This document shows positions 12,510 through 21,754 of a stretch of DNA of 64,000 nt, one piece after another. The DNA lies in contig CAWARE010000015.1 of the NCBI GenBank assembly GCA_963784345.1, positions 763-64,762 of the forward strand, written 5' to 3'. This DNA comes from an uncultured Actinomycetota bacterium. Its GTDB lineage: Bacteria; Actinomycetota; Actinomycetes; Propionibacteriales; Propionibacteriaceae. Both the position numbers and the translations under genes were made by a program. Below the pieces are notes generated by a model. It did no database searches, was not told where the DNA came from, and saw only the letters and a program-made list of their open reading frames with translations. Each line of letters opens with the position of its first letter. The stretch's first letter is position 1.

Positions 12510-14456
12510 TCACTTGACCACCCGGACCTGGTGCTCGAAGGAGTAGACCAGGGCCGATGGATCGATGTCGATCCGCTGGGTGGCCGCCCCGCGCCGACCC
12601 GTGAACGGCTCGGCCGGGAACAGGGCGACACTCACCTCGCGGGCCATGTCGACGCCCGGGATCCGGGCCAGCGCGGCGTGCACCTCGTGGGACTGCACCG
12701 AGCGACCGAACGGCCACCCGGTGCCGTCGGGCCCACCCACCAGCGGGTGGTAGAGGCGGTAGAGCGCCCGCAGCACCTCCGTGCGCACCTCGCTGGGTTC
12801 GTAGAGCGGTCGGCAGCTGAGACTCACCACCGCCGTCAGCCAGGCGTACTCGGGCGGCACGACCAGCAGTCGGGTGCCGACCAGCCGTCGGGCGTCGAGG
12901 CTCTCGGCGATCCGTTCCAGGGTGGCCGCCGGTGGGTCGAGGTCGGCCCGCTGGATCCGGCCGAGCTCGTCGCTGGCCACGTGCGGGACGACCAGCAGCC
13001 GCACCCCCGCGCCACCGTCGGCGGCATCGGGTGCGCAGTGCACGCGGGCAGCATCGGGGGCCACGTCGCGGGCCAGCTGCTCGAAGTCCTCGGCGGTCAC
13101 CGCCCGGCCGCGGGAACGCAGCAGCAGCGGACCTCGGGTCTTCGCGTCCGCCAGCGTCTCCGACTCCGCCCCGCCGATCGCCGGCACCCGGTTCTCCACC
13201 CGGCTGACGTACGGCACGGACGTCTTCAGCACCCGGACCAGACCGCGGCCCACGTTGCCGGACTGCCCGCCGCCGGTCCGGTACGTCTCCAGCCGCAGGA
13301 CCGCGCCCGGCGCCGGGACGGCACCGTAGTGGAGCAGGTCGTTGTCGGCGGCCCGGACCGCCGGGCCGAACTGGATCTCGCCGGCGAACCGGTCGATGCG
13401 GAAGTGCAGGTCGCCGGGACCGGAGAGGGCGAAGTGCGGCACCTCGGTCCAGGTCTGCGTCCGGTCGCCGTGCAGGGCGGTGATCGTCGCGGGCTCCTCC
13501 GAGGGCAGCACCGGACGCTGCTGCAGACTGAAGTGCTGGGCGGGGGTGCCGTCCGAGCGCCCGATCACCTCACCGCGGACCACTTCGGCGTGCACGGTGG
13601 GAGCGGTGCCGCCGATGGTGAAGGCCGACACCGACAGGATCTGCGGCGACGCGGTGTACGTCGGCTGGTCCGGCTCGGCCTGGACCAGTCGGCAACGCAG
13701 CCAGCCTCCGCGCTGCCGGGCGATGATGGACGCCTGGTGGCCACCGGGCACGTGCAGGATCACGTCGCCCGGCTTGTTGAGGCCTCCGGTGTCGTCGGAG
13801 TCCACCTCGCAGGCGACCCAGCCCTCCTCGGTCCACGCCTCCCACAGCACCGGCGGACGGCGCGGGTCGACGCCGCGGCCGGAGACCTGGCAGCCCAGCC
13901 GCAGCACCACGGCGCAGTGCGGGACGGCATCGGACAGCCCGATCAGCAGGGCGTCGCCGACCGCCGGGGCGGCGGAGAAGCAGCGGAACCCGGCCGGCCC
14001 CGACAGCGCCGCGGTCATGTCGGCGGGGGCCTCCCCGACCGGGTGCATGCCGGCCCGGGCGAACGAGCAGGGCACGATCTCCAGCTCCCGCGTGGTGCTG
14101 AACACGATCGGGTCGGCGACGTCGGTGCGGGCCGTGGCCACCTGCGTCTCGGTGCGCACGATGACCGGCTGCGGCTGCGGAGCGGACAGCCAGAAGGTCA
14201 CCTCCCCGCGCGCCGCGGCCGGGGGCCGCAGCTCCACCCCGATCAGCTCGAGGAACTTGACGTAGTGCAGATCCGGCACCCGGTTGAGGCGGTAGATCAG
14301 CTGGTCGACCATCTGGGCGAACGCCTCGATCAAGGTGACGCCCGGATCGGACACGTTGTGGTCGGTCCAGGTCGGGCACCGCTGCTGGACCAGCCGCTTG
14401 GCGTCGTCGACGAGATCCTGGAAGCGTCGGTCGTCGAGGTTGGGGGCGGGAAGCAT
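12510..14456 (-). CDS. CIS baseplate J-like assembly protein (Afp11-like)
   Basis: LPAPNLDDRRFQDLV..WTDHNVSDPGVTLIE; YRTGGG..GNV; RAVTAEDFE; GWPFGR. Confidence 0.95.
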   Translation of the reverse strand: MLPAPNLDDRRFQDLVDDAKRLVQQRCPTWTDHNVSDPGVTLIEAFAQMVDQLIYRLNRVPDLHYVKFLELIGVELRPPAAARGEVTFWLSAPQPQPVIVRTETQVATARTDVADPIVFSTTRELEIVPCSFARAGMHPVGEAPADMTAALSGPAGFRCFSAAPAVGDALLIGLSDAVPHCAVVLRLGCQVSGRGVDPRRPPVLWEAWTEEGWVACEVDSDDTGGLNKPGDVILHVPGGHQASIIARQRGGWLRCRLVQAEPDQPTYTASPQILSVSAFTIGGTAPTVHAEVVRGEVIGRSDGTPAQHFSLQQRPVLPSEEPATITALHGDRTQTWTEVPHFALSGPGDLHFRIDRFAGEIQFGPAVRAADNDLLHYGAVPAPGAVLRLETYRTGGGQSGNVGRGLVRVLKTSVPYVSRVENRVPAIGGAESETLADAKTRGPLLLRSRGRAVTAEDFEQLARDVAPDAARVHCAPDAADGGAGVRLLVVPHVASDELGRIQRADLDPPAATLERIAESLDARRLVGTRLLVVPPEYAWLTAVVSLSCRPLYEPSEVRTEVLRALYRLYHPLVGGPDGTGWPFGRSVQSHEVHAALARIPGVDMAREVSVALFPAEPFTGRRGAATQRIDIDPSALVYSFEHQVRVVK

Positions 14457-14457
14457 G

Positions 14458-15018
14458 TCAGCGACCTCCGGTCGGTGCAGCGGTCGACCACGCCGACGGC
14501 GTGGCGGAGGGGTAGAGCGCGGAGCCGCCCGGAAGTGACCCGGCCAGCGGTGAGCCGGCGACCCCGAAGGCGCCCGGGTCCGGCCGCGTCGGATCCAGAG
14601 CTGGTCGGCTGGGGTCGCCCTCGTCGGGGATCACGTAGAACGGGAAGACCAGGTTGCGCGGGTCGTTCAGTCCCCGGGCCGAGTAGCCGATGTCGATGTG
14701 CACCCGTCCGTCACTGATCCGGTCGAAGCTGACCACCACGTCGTTCACGTCGATCCTCGGTTCCCACCGCTCCAGCGCCTCCCGGACGTCGTACGCGATC
14801 TGCCCCGCCGTGGCCGAGTTGGCCGGCCCGAACACGTGATCGTGGATGCGACAGCCGAAATCCGGTCGCATCGGCCGCTCCCCGATCGAGGTGCCCAGGA
14901 TCAACCGGATGGACTGCTCGATCTCGCGCTCGCGGGTCACCAGGGCCACCCGGCCGGTCGGATCCGCTCCCAACGGGTACGACCAGCCGGCCCCGATGAA
15001 GTCGACCTCGTCCATCAC
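14458..15018 (-). CDS. GPW/gp25 family baseplate protein (Afp9-like)
   Basis: FIGAGWSYP..IEQSIRLILGTSIGERPMRPDFGC..WEPRI..NLVFPFY. Confidence 0.95.
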   Translation of the reverse strand: MMDEVDFIGAGWSYPLGADPTGRVALVTREREIEQSIRLILGTSIGERPMRPDFGCRIHDHVFGPANSATAGQIAYDVREALERWEPRIDVNDVVVSFDRISDGRVHIDIGYSARGLNDPRNLVFPFYVIPDEGDPSRPALDPTRPDPGAFGVAGSPLAGSLPGGSALYPSATPSAWSTAAPTGGR

Positions 15019-15031
15019 TCGCCCTCCACCC

Positions 15032-16813
15032 TCAGTTGATCTTGACCATGGCGCCGGAGATGGTCGTCATCGCGCCGCCCTTGAGCTCGGCCGTGGTCTG
15101 GCCCTTCACGCTGACGCTCATCCCCTCGACGCTGACCGTGCCGTTGGACTTCAGCTGGACGGCACCGCTGCCGCCGTCCAGCTGCACACCGTTGGTGGCG
15201 TTGACCTTCACCGAGGCGGCCTTCATGGTGAGGTCGGAGCTCTTGGCGTCCAGGGTGATGCCCTGCGCTCCCTCGATCAGGACCTTCCCGTCGGACTGGA
15301 CGGTGATGGTCGTGTTCGTCTTGTCGATGAAGATCAGGAACTTGTCGTCCTTGGTGGCCAGCCGGACGCCCTCCTTGCTGCCCTCCTGGTCCAGGAGGTC
15401 GATCCGGTGACCGGCGCGGGACACCAGCGAGCGCCGGTTGACCGCCCCCGAGCTGCCGTCGACCAGGTCGTTGGGTCCGCCGGGCACCGTGTCGATGCCG
15501 TTGTAGAGGCCACCGAGCACCACGGGACGGTCGAAGTCCTGCAGCTCGAAGCCGATCAGCACCTCGTCACCGACCTCGGGCAGCGCCATCCAGCCGCGGT
15601 CCTTGCCCGCCCCCGGGCAGACGACCCGGGCCCAGTCGCTGACGTAGTCGTCGGACAGCCAGGGGTACTTGATCTTGACCCGGCCCATCTTCTCGGGGTC
15701 GTTGACGTCGGTGACGATCCCGATCACCACCCCTGCTGGGGTCTGCCGCGACCGGGCGCCGCCGGACGCGAGTCCCAGCAGGCTCCGGTCCTGCTTGCCG
15801 GTGACGGTGATCGCTGTGGTGTAGCCGGTGGTCGGGTCGAACCGGTGCCGGGCGCTGGTCACCGTGTAGGTGCCCTCGAACGGTGCCCCGAGACCGACCA
15901 GGGAGACCTTGCCGCCCGCCTTCAGGTCGGGGTTGCCGCGCGCCACCCCCTCGAACTCGGCGAAGGCCGAGGCCTTCTCCTCCGCCAGCGCCGTGGCGGC
16001 CTGGTCCACCTCGTTCTGGGTGCGGTAGGGGACGTCGGTCGACACGTACGTCGGGTCGCCGAACGCCTGCGCCATGTCGGTCGGCTTCACCGTGGGCAGG
16101 TCGACGGTGGGTGTCTTGGCGGGCGCGGATCCCACCAGGGCCCGCTTCTCGGCGATGTCCCACCCCCGGACGTCGACCTTGCCCACCTGCTGGGCCGAGG
16201 TGAGCACCGACCGGAAGCGGATCAGCTCCTCCCCGAACGCCAACGGGGTCGGGGATCCGGCGGCGGCGGGAGCCGCGAACGAGAAGGATCCGTTGCGGAC
16301 GGTCAGATCCATCCCGGCGTCCCGGGCGAGCTGGGTCAGGATCTCCCAGTCCGTCTGGCCGGCCTGGCTGACCACCGGGAACACCGTGCTGGTGCTGTCC
16401 ACCTTCCCGACCTTGAGGCTGGCCCGCTTGGCCACCTGGGTGGCGATGTCGGACGCCGTCATCTGGACGTAGCTGACGGTCCGGCGGTCGCGGAACAACC
16501 GGTGGGCCGGGTCGTAGCCGCGGATGACCGTGAAGGTGCCACCGGTGTCGAACTCGAGCTCGAGCGCGGTGATCTCGCCCTCGATCAGGGTCTTCGGGCT
16601 CGACGAGGCGGCGGTGTTCACCTTGACCGTGAGGGTGCCGCCGACCTTGGCGTTGCTCTTGGACAGCACGATCCTCTCGGGATCGCGGAAGCGCAGCGAG
16701 AACATGTCCGGGAGGCGCTGACTGTCCTCGATCAGCGCGGAGACCAGCAGCGGCACGAGATCGGCCGGCAGCTCCGACCCGTTGATCTCGACCAGGCACA
16801 TGCTGCCGGTCAT
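15032..16813 (-). CDS. vgrG: VgrG-like spike (Afp8-like)
   Basis: QTDWEILTQLA; OB-fold DPEKMGRVKIKYPWL..WARV..LPEVGDEVLIGF..VLGGLYNG; beta-helix end GAMVKIN. Real start MTGSM at 16813. Confidence 0.95.
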   Translation of the reverse strand: MTGSMCLVEINGSELPADLVPLLVSALIEDSQRLPDMFSLRFRDPERIVLSKSNAKVGGTLTVKVNTAASSSPKTLIEGEITALELEFDTGGTFTVIRGYDPAHRLFRDRRTVSYVQMTASDIATQVAKRASLKVGKVDSTSTVFPVVSQAGQTDWEILTQLARDAGMDLTVRNGSFSFAAPAAAGSPTPLAFGEELIRFRSVLTSAQQVGKVDVRGWDIAEKRALVGSAPAKTPTVDLPTVKPTDMAQAFGDPTYVSTDVPYRTQNEVDQAATALAEEKASAFAEFEGVARGNPDLKAGGKVSLVGLGAPFEGTYTVTSARHRFDPTTGYTTAITVTGKQDRSLLGLASGGARSRQTPAGVVIGIVTDVNDPEKMGRVKIKYPWLSDDYVSDWARVVCPGAGKDRGWMALPEVGDEVLIGFELQDFDRPVVLGGLYNGIDTVPGGPNDLVDGSSGAVNRRSLVSRAGHRIDLLDQEGSKEGVRLATKDDKFLIFIDKTNTTITVQSDGKVLIEGAQGITLDAKSSDLTMKAASVKVNATNGVQLDGGSGAVQLKSNGTVSVEGMSVSVKGQTTAELKGGAMTTISGAMVKIN

Positions 16814-17595
16814 CCGGTCACCCCCAGCTCCTCCAACGAGGGCAGCAGGATCGTGCGACCGCTGGGCAGCCGCAGCGGGTCGTCGACCCCGTTGTACGCC
16901 GCCAGCGGCCGCCAGTGGGCGGGGTCGCCGTACTCGGCGTACGCGATGGAGGCCAGGTTGTCGCCGACGATCGTGCGGTGGACGCGGCGGATGCTGTCGC
17001 TGCCCGACGTCGGGTTCTGCCGCGGCGGGGCCCCGGGCATCTCCTCCATCGACACGCTGCAGATGGCCCGGATCGGGGTGCCGTCGGAACGGAACAGGGT
17101 GTACTTGGCGCTGACCGAGGTGATCACCGCCGGGAAGGTGGAGATGCTGCCCCACTGCAGCACCACCAGCGGCGGTGTCGGCTTCTTCTGGCCGGCGCTC
17201 TGCTCGGTGGGCACGCAGCAGCCGAACAGCTTCTCGACGATCTCCAGGACCGAGCCGTCCTTGGCGCCGGTGGCGTCGAAGAACATCTCGACGGTGAGCT
17301 TGCAGGGGTCGGAGCCGGTGAACTCCGGCGGCGGCGCGCTCTTGGAGCCCTTGGCCGGCTTGCGTTCCCACTTGGCCGACTTGGCGATCGTCACCTCCTT
17401 CGGGTTGAACTGGAACCCGATGGTGTCCTTGATCGCGCCGGGCTTGTAGCCGCCGGGCGCGGGGTCGGGGGTGTAGACGGTGAGCTTCGCCTTGTCCATG
17501 GTGGGCCGACCGACGACGGCCTTGCCGCCGGCGCCGGCGTCGCCGGGGACCCCGACCGGGCCGGAGCTGCCGGCCAGGGCGATCGCGGTGGTCAC
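16810..17595 (-). CDS. CIS tube initiator with LysM domain (Afp7-like)
   Basis: FQFNPKEVTIAK, LFRSDGTPIRA, QNPTSG, GDNLASIAYAEYGDPAHWRPLAAYN; GTG start overlaps the upstream stop. Confidence 0.9.
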   Translation of the reverse strand: MTTAIALAGSSGPVGVPGDAGAGGKAVVGRPTMDKAKLTVYTPDPAPGGYKPGAIKDTIGFQFNPKEVTIAKSAKWERKPAKGSKSAPPPEFTGSDPCKLTVEMFFDATGAKDGSVLEIVEKLFGCCVPTEQSAGQKKPTPPLVVLQWGSISTFPAVITSVSAKYTLFRSDGTPIRAICSVSMEEMPGAPPRQNPTSGSDSIRRVHRTIVGDNLASIAYAEYGDPAHWRPLAAYNGVDDPLRLPSGRTILLPSLEELGVTG

Positions 17596-18062
17596 TGGCC
17601 GCCACCCAGCGGCAGGAACCCGTGGTGCGCGAGCTCGAGCGTCTCCATGGCCACCTTGGGGGAGTCCAGGTTGAGGCTCGGTCCGGACCAGCGGACCGGC
17701 ATCACCCCGTCCAGGTTCCAGCTGGCCACGATCTGCCGGTCGCCGGTCATCGCGGTGATGCAGGCGGTCTTGCGGGTCACGTCGGTGGCGAAGCCGATCA
17801 GCCACTCGGTGATCTTGTGGCTGTCGCGGCCGACCGCCCTGGACAGCTTGACGTTGGTGTACTTGATCCGGCTGGGCAGCTGCCAGATGAAGCTGTTGTT
17901 GCCGCCCTCCTCCCGCTGCTCCATCACCACCTCGGCCCCGAGACCTTCGCAGCTGCTGAAGTAGCCCAGGTTCTCCCCGTCCACGGTGACGGTGAAGCAC
18001 ACGCTGACGGCGGGGTCGGTGCTGGCGTCGAGCGGATCGGTGATGCCCTTGGCGGCGGCCAT
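17592..18062 (-). CDS. phage T4 gp19-like tail tube protein (Afp5-like)
   Basis: FSSCEGLGAEV..EEGGNN..QLPSRIKYTNVKLSR..PVRWSGPSL..ETLELAHHGF. Confidence 0.95.
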   Translation of the reverse strand: MAAAKGITDPLDASTDPAVSVCFTVTVDGENLGYFSSCEGLGAEVVMEQREEGGNNSFIWQLPSRIKYTNVKLSRAVGRDSHKITEWLIGFATDVTRKTACITAMTGDRQIVASWNLDGVMPVRWSGPSLNLDSPKVAMETLELAHHGFLPLGGGQ

Positions 18063-18082
18063 GGTGTGCTCCTCGGTCGTGA

Positions 18083-20614
18083 TCAGGGTCGGAGATCGGT
18101 GAGCAGGCCGGACCGCTCCCGGTCCTGCCACAGCTCGGCGCGCAGCCGGGCGGACAGCGGCTCGTACAGTCGGCGCGCCATCTCCTCCAGCTCGGCGCCG
18201 CTCAGCGGGGCCGCCGGCGCGGCGGGACCGCCGGGAGCGGCCGAGGACGTCGAGGAGCCCGCTGCCGGCAGGTGTGCCGGCCCCCTCCGACCCGGTGGAG
18301 TCCAGCACCGTCCGCTGGACGTCGGTGTCAGCACTGCGCTGGACGGCGAGACCGTCATCGGACGGAGCGCCGTGCTGCCCGGCGGAGAACTGGGCGGTGG
18401 GGGACTGCGCGGCGGCCATCGCGAACATCTCGGCGAGCCCGACGGTGCGGCTGGAGACCGCCATCGCCGGCGGGTCGGCCGACCCCGGCGGGGTGACCGA
18501 GGTGACGGGAGAGCCGGCGGTGGGCGAGAAGCTCGGCGACGGTGCGTCGAAGCTGCGCTGGACCAGCAGCGGCTGGCGGCCGCCGGACACCGGGGGCGGG
18601 GCCGCCGGTGGGAGGTGAGCGCTCTCCGGATGACTGACGGCGCCACCGGGGACCGGCGCTTCGCCGCGGGCGGCGGTGATGGTCCGCTGCACCGCTGAGA
18701 ACGAGGTGCCGGCGGCAGTGGGGCCCGCCGGACTGCTCGCCGAGAGCGAACCGGCTCCGCCGCCGCTGACGGGTGCGAGCGCCACCGGTGACCAGGCGGC
18801 CGACGCCGGGGCCAGCGGCAGCGGCGTGCTGGCGGCCTCCGGTCCGGACGCCGGCCCGCCGTCGTCGAGCTGGTGCTCGGCGAAGGGCGCCGGCTGCGCG
18901 TCGGTCACGGCGGAGCGTTGAACGGGCGACGGCCCACCCGGAGCCGCCGCCGGCTTCTCGTAGCGGAGGCGTTGCACAGCGGGCGGCAACGGTGATGTCG
19001 GGGCCGTGGTGCCGGATGCCCCCGTGAGGGTGGCGACGGGGGAGCTGTCGGCGATCAGGCTGCGCTGGACGGTCGGGAGTGCCGGGACCGGGCGGCCCTT
19101 CGACACCTCGAGTCGCTGCAGAGCCACGCCCGACGCCGGAAGCTGACCGGTCTGGTCCGGAGCGACGCGGCGGGCCACCACCAGGTCGGGACGGGGCGGC
19201 GTCCCTGCGTCGTCGTACGCGGTGGCCTCGCCTCCGGTGACCGGAGGCTCGACGGGGGCGTCCTGCACCGCGGAGATGGCGGCGCTGAAGCCGCTGAGGG
19301 GGGCGGCGGAGGACGCTGTCAGACCTGCTGCTGGTGGGGTCGCTGCTGGGCCGGCGCTGTCGGCGGCTTCGAGCCGGCGTTGCACCGACCGGGCGACGAG
19401 CGGTGGGTAGCCCTGATCGTCGAGACCTCGTGGAGCGGCACGGACGAGCGCTGCAGCGTGGGCCCGGCCGGCGTCCCAGCCGGCACCGGCAGGGCCACGG
19501 GATCGGACGTCGCTGCCGGCGAGTCGGCGTCGACTGAAGAGGGCGGCGGGTGCGGTGCGCGCTCGGCGACCAGCCCGACCACCTCGTCCGATGGTGCCGG
19601 GGGGGCGGCGGCCGCCACTGCCGACCGCGCCACCACGGGCTCGGGGATGGCCACGGGTTCGGCGGACAGCTCCGGCGCCGAGGGCGACGACGTCGTCGGC
19701 GAGGCGTCCTCGACCGCCGGCCCCCGCGGTTCGTCGACCGGGGCCGGCGCAGACAGGGTCGGCCGCAGGGTGGCCGGGATCGACTCGCCCGTCGCGCTCG
19801 GGGCATCCCCGGCGGTTCGCGCGGCCGCGGGCGCGGCCGAGCGCTGCACCGGAAGCGCGAGGGAGAACGCCTCGCTCGGGGCGGGCGACGAGGGGACCGC
19901 CGGGGTCGAGACGTCGGGTGCCGACGTCGGCCGGCTGGGCCGTGACCCGAGGGTTTCGGCCTTCCCACTCGCCGGGGCCGGTGCCTCCGATGTCGCCGAG
20001 CGGGCCACGACGAGAGCCTCCGGGACCGACGGCGCGGCGTCAGGTGGGGCGAGCGGCTCGACGGCGCCGGGGTCCACCGGGTGCTCTCCTGCCGGGGCGG
20101 CGGGGTCGGCCACCCACTCCGGCCCGGCGTCGCTGCGACCGGTCGTGGTGGGTGCCTCGGCCGGCGGCGTCGACGACTCGGGCTGGAGGGTGGCGATGCG
20201 GCGCTGCACGGCCGGTGCCGGCGCGGGAGCCGGTCGGTCCGGGACCCGGAGCTCGTCCACTCCCTCGTACGAGAGCGGGCCGGCGACCGTGGACGCCAGA
20301 CCGCCGACCACCCCGGCGGGTCCGTCGGGATCGACCAGATGTCCCAACGGGGCGAGGAAGCTGGGGTTCTGGTGGGTGGTCAGCGAGGCGCGGAACGCGG
20401 CGGGCGGGGCCACAGCTGTCGTGTCAGCCACGCTGCGCTGCAGAGCAGGGAGTCGGGTCCACGCCGCCGGGAGACCGGTCGACACGGCGCGCTGATCGGG
20501 CGCCGACGACGCGGCCGGACCGGGATCGACGTGGTCGGCAGCGCCGGGGGTCGCCTCGGACGCGTCGGTCTCGCGACCCCGCCCCCAAGGCACTCGCTCC
20601 CAAGGCCACCGCAT
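18083..20614 (-). CDS. large low-complexity Pro/Ala/Ser CIS protein with VQR motifs (frameshifted)
   Basis: N-terminal MRWPW..LQRS..FRASLTTHQNPSFLAPLGHLVDPDGPAG; about 16 [VL][QA]R motifs; C-terminal LEEMARRLYEPLSARLRAELWQDRER as seen in actinobacterial CIS loci. Confidence 0.7.
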
Positions 20615-20650
20615 GGTCGAGACTCCTCCGGACAGATCGGCGCCCGCTGC

Positions 20651-20806
20651 TCAGTCGCCTGAGATGCGGGTGTTGAGGGCACCGACCTCGCGGACGAATC
20701 GTTGACGCTCCGCGTGCTCGAGGTCGAGGATCTCGTCGCGAGACCAGTGCAGGTAGTAGGCGACGTACGCGATCTCGGCGTAGAGCCGATCGGTCGCGTA
20801 CGTCAG
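20651..20806 (-). CDS. DUF6760 family small protein (P2 gpE'/Mu gp41.1-like tail chaperone extension)
   Basis: TYATDRLYAEIAYVAYYLHWSRDEILDLEHAERQRFVREV; only a CTG at the expected start position. Confidence 0.8.
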   Translation of the reverse strand: MTYATDRLYAEIAYVAYYLHWSRDEILDLEHAERQRFVREVGALNTRISGD

Positions 20807-21264
20807 GATTCCCCCAGGCGCCCCCCGGAGACGTCGACGGCGAAGTGGTGCTCGCACGACGGGCAGGTCACGGTCGCCCGGGTGTGGCCTTCGGTGTTCA
20901 CCCGCCGGTAGAGGTCCTGCAGGAAGGCCAGGTCGGTGGCGAACAGGTCCTCGACGATGCCCGGGTGGATGTCGTCGATGGTGCCGATCCGCTCGATCAC
21001 CCGCGCCAGCAGCACCACCGTGAGATAGGCCGGGTTCTCCCGCACTCGGTCGTCCCGCAACGGCACCAGCTCGTCGCGGGCTGTGGCCAGCCGCATCACT
21101 CCGTCCCGGTGCACCGTGCCTGCCCGGTCGACGTAGCCGCGCGGCAGCAAGAAGCTGAACTCGGTGACCAGCGTCTCGCGTCGGGGAGGCGCCTCGCCGG
21201 ATCGCATCGGCGAGGCGTCGACCGAGGTGCTCGGCTCCGGGATGATCACCGTCCCGCGTCGCAT
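20803..21264 (-). CDS. phage tail assembly chaperone-like protein
   Basis: TEFSFLLPRGYVD..GVMRLATARDE..DLAFLQDLYRRVN..CPSC; sits after the tube gene as P2 gpE does. Confidence 0.85.
   Translation of the reverse strand: MRRGTVIIPEPSTSVDASPMRSGEAPPRRETLVTEFSFLLPRGYVDRAGTVHRDGVMRLATARDELVPLRDDRVRENPAYLTVVLLARVIERIGTIDDIHPGIVEDLFATDLAFLQDLYRRVNTEGHTRATVTCPSCEHHFAVDVSGGRLGES
20809..20815 (-). other. candidate -1 programmed ribosomal frameshift heptamer G GGG GAA
   Basis: Minus strand reads CGC CTG GGG GAA TCC TGA. The -1 frame continues GGA ATC CTG ACG TAC into DUF6760. Confidence 0.55.
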
Positions 21265-21266
21265 GG

Positions 21267-21716
21267 TCAGCCCGCCTGGACTTCGATCGACTCGCAGGTG
21301 AGGGTCAGCTTCTCCGACAGGTAGGAGGTGTCGCCGGCCTTGAGCGTGCCGACCTCCAGGCTCTTCGGCCAGGCGTTGGTCAGCTTGTAGCGCTTGACCT
21401 CTGCCCCTTCGTAGTCGAAGACGATCACCGAGCCGCCCTTGCGGGAGTCCGACATCTTGCCGAACCGGCTGCTCTCGATCCACTTGTCGAAGCTGTTGTC
21501 GCCGGTCAGACCGCGGGTCAAGGTGATGTCCGGGGCCTTGGGCCGACCCGGGAGCCGCCGGAGCTGGTACTTGCCGTCCGGCCCGTTCTCCTTGAACTCG
21601 ACGACGTCCTGCTCGATCTTCAGACCGCTGATCTCGGTGATGCTCTTGATCATCACCCCGTCGAACTCCAGCCCGAACGAGTGGCCGACGGAGCTGTCGC
21701 CATCAGGAAGTGGCAT
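21267..21716 (-). CDS. major tail tube protein (gp19-like, Afp1-like)
   Basis: EISGLKIEQDVVEFKENG..LPGRPK..ITLTRG..RKGGSVIVFD..NAWP. Confidence 0.95.
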   Translation of the reverse strand: MPLPDGDSSVGHSFGLEFDGVMIKSITEISGLKIEQDVVEFKENGPDGKYQLRRLPGRPKAPDITLTRGLTGDNSFDKWIESSRFGKMSDSRKGGSVIVFDYEGAEVKRYKLTNAWPKSLEVGTLKAGDTSYLSEKLTLTCESIEVQAG

Positions 21717-21754
21717 CTGATTTCCTTTCTGTGGTCAAGACGTGGAGGGGTGGA

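Noticed and set aside
15032-19385. N-terminal extensions on VgrG (to 17605) and on the second tube (to 19385)
   Set aside because: The VgrG extension is an alternative frame of the LysM gene. The tube extension belongs to the frameshifted upstream VQR protein; the tube has its own SD (gaggag) and ATG at 18062.
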